A stretch of 64,000 nucleotides of DNA from contig JYFJ02000141.1 in the NCBI GenBank assembly GCA_000934665.2, forward strand, positions 62,001 through 126,000, read 5' to 3'. Both the position numbers and the translations under genes were made by a program. Each line of letters opens with the position of its first letter. Within the stretch, counting starts at the first letter, position 1. The DNA comes from Catajapyx aquilonaris (lineage: Eukaryota). Shown piece after piece: positions 61,734 to 64,000 of the stretch. The notes under the pieces are model-generated. The model ran no database searches and was not told where the DNA came from. It was given only the letters and a program-made list of their open reading frames with translations.

Positions 61734-64000
61734 CTGTGAACAAAGCAAGGGTAAAAAAGAAAATGAAAGATGAGCACTTAAAACATTCACATAATCACAC
61801 AATTGCGGCTCATAAAGTTGTCTCCATATGACTTACAGCCCGCTTCCCCTGCAAATACTCAACAATCGAGATGGAGTGATAATTGTGCACGTGGCAATAA
61901 CCATGTAAATGTCTACATTCGTACCATTCCTAATTGCAACTGGTGACGCGCACGCCAACTTTTTTTTTGCTGTTCATTTGCATGCACAGGTGGCTCGGAA
62001 TGCTTATTGCCGCGGGACACTTTTTATTGCGCCCATGTTGTCTCCCCTGAAAATTACGAGTGCAATATTACGGTGCAGTGTCATGTACGATAATTGTGAA
62101 GTACCGCTATATTTTTAGCCAAACCCTGAACCACGTTATAGTTGGCAATAAACATATTTTATAGGCTGGTGTCCATTTATGTGCGTTATACTCTTAATTA
62201 ATTTTCCATTCCCCTCACATTCATTCTCTATTCGTAAAGTTCTGCCAAATTTCTTAATGACACCAAATCCATGAAGAAATAATTAAACTGAATTACAACG
62301 ATGCACATTCAGTAACATTCGCTCGGTTTATTTTTATGGCACCGTATATTTTGTTTCCTGGAGAGGAAGCGATTTGCTGAGGTGCAAAATGCAGAGCGAT
62401 TGAGCGTAAAGGCGTCTATTCCATAGGGTGAGCGTTGAAAAAGAAGAGAACGTCCCTGTCTCTGATAAGCGAGCAAATTCGTCTGATTCTCTTTTGTGAA
62501 ATGGTTCGGATCGAAGTTCGCTGCTGCTGGACGTGGGTGGGGTTGGATGGGTTGGGTGGGTGGGAAAAGTCTATGGGAATGGAAGGTCTGGCAGCTTAAT
62601 GCCTTTTGCTTCTGTTCAGCTTGTTTCGCGATTGCATTCCTTTCGGATCCCGCGGACCTGATACACGGTACACCTCTCAGCTTCTTTTCAATCCGGACCA
62701 TCGATCTATCCCAATTTCATATCGGTTTTCTTCCAACCACATGGCCTGAAGCTGAAATGAAAGTTAAGTTCGATAATAAGCAAAATCATCGGATTTTCAA
62801 CGTCTAAAAATAAAAACGCGCGCCAATGCGGCTAATCTCTATCGAAGATGATAATGCTGATTAAACATTTTTGATGTCGTATGTCGTCACCATTTTAAAA
62901 GAATCGTCAATTTTTAACAATGTTCTGGCATAGTGACTGCTCCAAAAGATCTGGCTTTGATCCCGAACTGTAGGTGCCAGTACCACTGGCCGTACAACAC
63001 CAATGAAATATTGCTGAGCTCAAAGGAACTCAATCGTGGCTCCCACCTCGATATATACACCCCCCCCCCCCCCAAAAAAATAGAGAAAAATTAGGACCCT
63101 CCAGCTTTTGAAATAGCACTTTCGGAAGCAATCGATCAGATGTTGGTGCCACATGGAAGAAATCACTGGTTCGAACCAACACGCTAAGACTCATGCTCTA
63201 AGGTGGGGTCACCACCAAGATTTAAAAGCCCCTCTGGGACAGCCGGCAGCACTCAAAGGTCCACAGACCTCTCTTTTTTGTGTGTAACACTTCTAGAAGA
63301 GGAGGAATTAGCAGTGGGTGAGTGTTTGTTGGCCGGCAGAATGGCGTGCAAGGGTGAGGTCCTTGGCCTAGGTCATGAAGATTAAGTCCTGAGGCCCAGA
63401 TCGTTTTCTGCACCGCGTTTTCCCCTCTTGATCCTTTATATAACGTGAGAGTAGGATCCTCAACCGGGTTTCTAATCTGGTCTGAGGCCCCCAGGAGCAG
63501 GATTTCAATCCGGCTCTTCAGCAAGATTGCATATGGATGCTGCTTATGACAATCTGGGGCCTGTTATATCGCATTTACGATGGTTACATTATCGACTAAT
63601 CAGTACTTTGCATTTTTTCTGAGTGATTTTTGCATTCATGTTTTGATTTTTTTTGTGTGAGGGGGGTACTGTGACAGGCTTCCCCGGCTAATTGGTAGGT
63701 TGCGCCACAGATGGCAGCAGGGAACAACTTTCAAGCTCTGATTGTTCGCTTTAAATTAGACAGCTTCATGTATCATATTTAACTTTGAATCCAACCACCT
63801 GTAATGTAAGTCGTCGGCTATTTTGAACCGGCTCGGAGCAGTACTCCAGTCTAATAAAGACCTTTTTACGCGATCAAATATTTAAACACGTGCACTGTGA
63901 GAATCCTCACAACTTTCCAACTACACCTGCCCTACCACGAAAACCTAATCGAGCACAGCCCTCACGTCCCATAAGATTACAACTCCGGGACATGCCAAAA

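Overview
A 64 kb window of intron-rich eukaryotic DNA, probably from an invertebrate or arthropod; the species cannot be determined from the sequence. It holds three spliced protein-coding genes. (1) A complete DDI1-type ubiquitin receptor/aspartic protease (UBL-RVP-UBA, + strand, about 7831-12864). (2) A class C GPCR of the metabotropic glutamate receptor family (+ strand, about 18955-26393) that lacks both basic residues used to bind glutamate's gamma-carboxyl group. (3) A large PLEKHG5/Syx-like RhoGEF (RBD-DH-PH with a PDZ-binding tail, - strand, 33064 to at least 61733, 5' end unresolved). Also present are an intact tRNA-Gly(TCC) with a genome-encoded CCA, a decayed Ty3/gypsy RT fragment, and several foldback/MITE-type elements. 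Three structures stand out. A ~3 kb near-perfect palindrome carrying four inward-facing tRNA-derived Pol III units lies between the convergent GPCR and RhoGEF 3' ends. That palindrome is bracketed by a ~120 bp direct duplication containing poly(A) hexamers on both strands. In DDI1, a TE insertion is flanked by a 101 bp direct duplication that copies the catalytic-Asp exon end together with an ATG and a splice donor. All exon boundaries were read by hand and need RNA confirmation.
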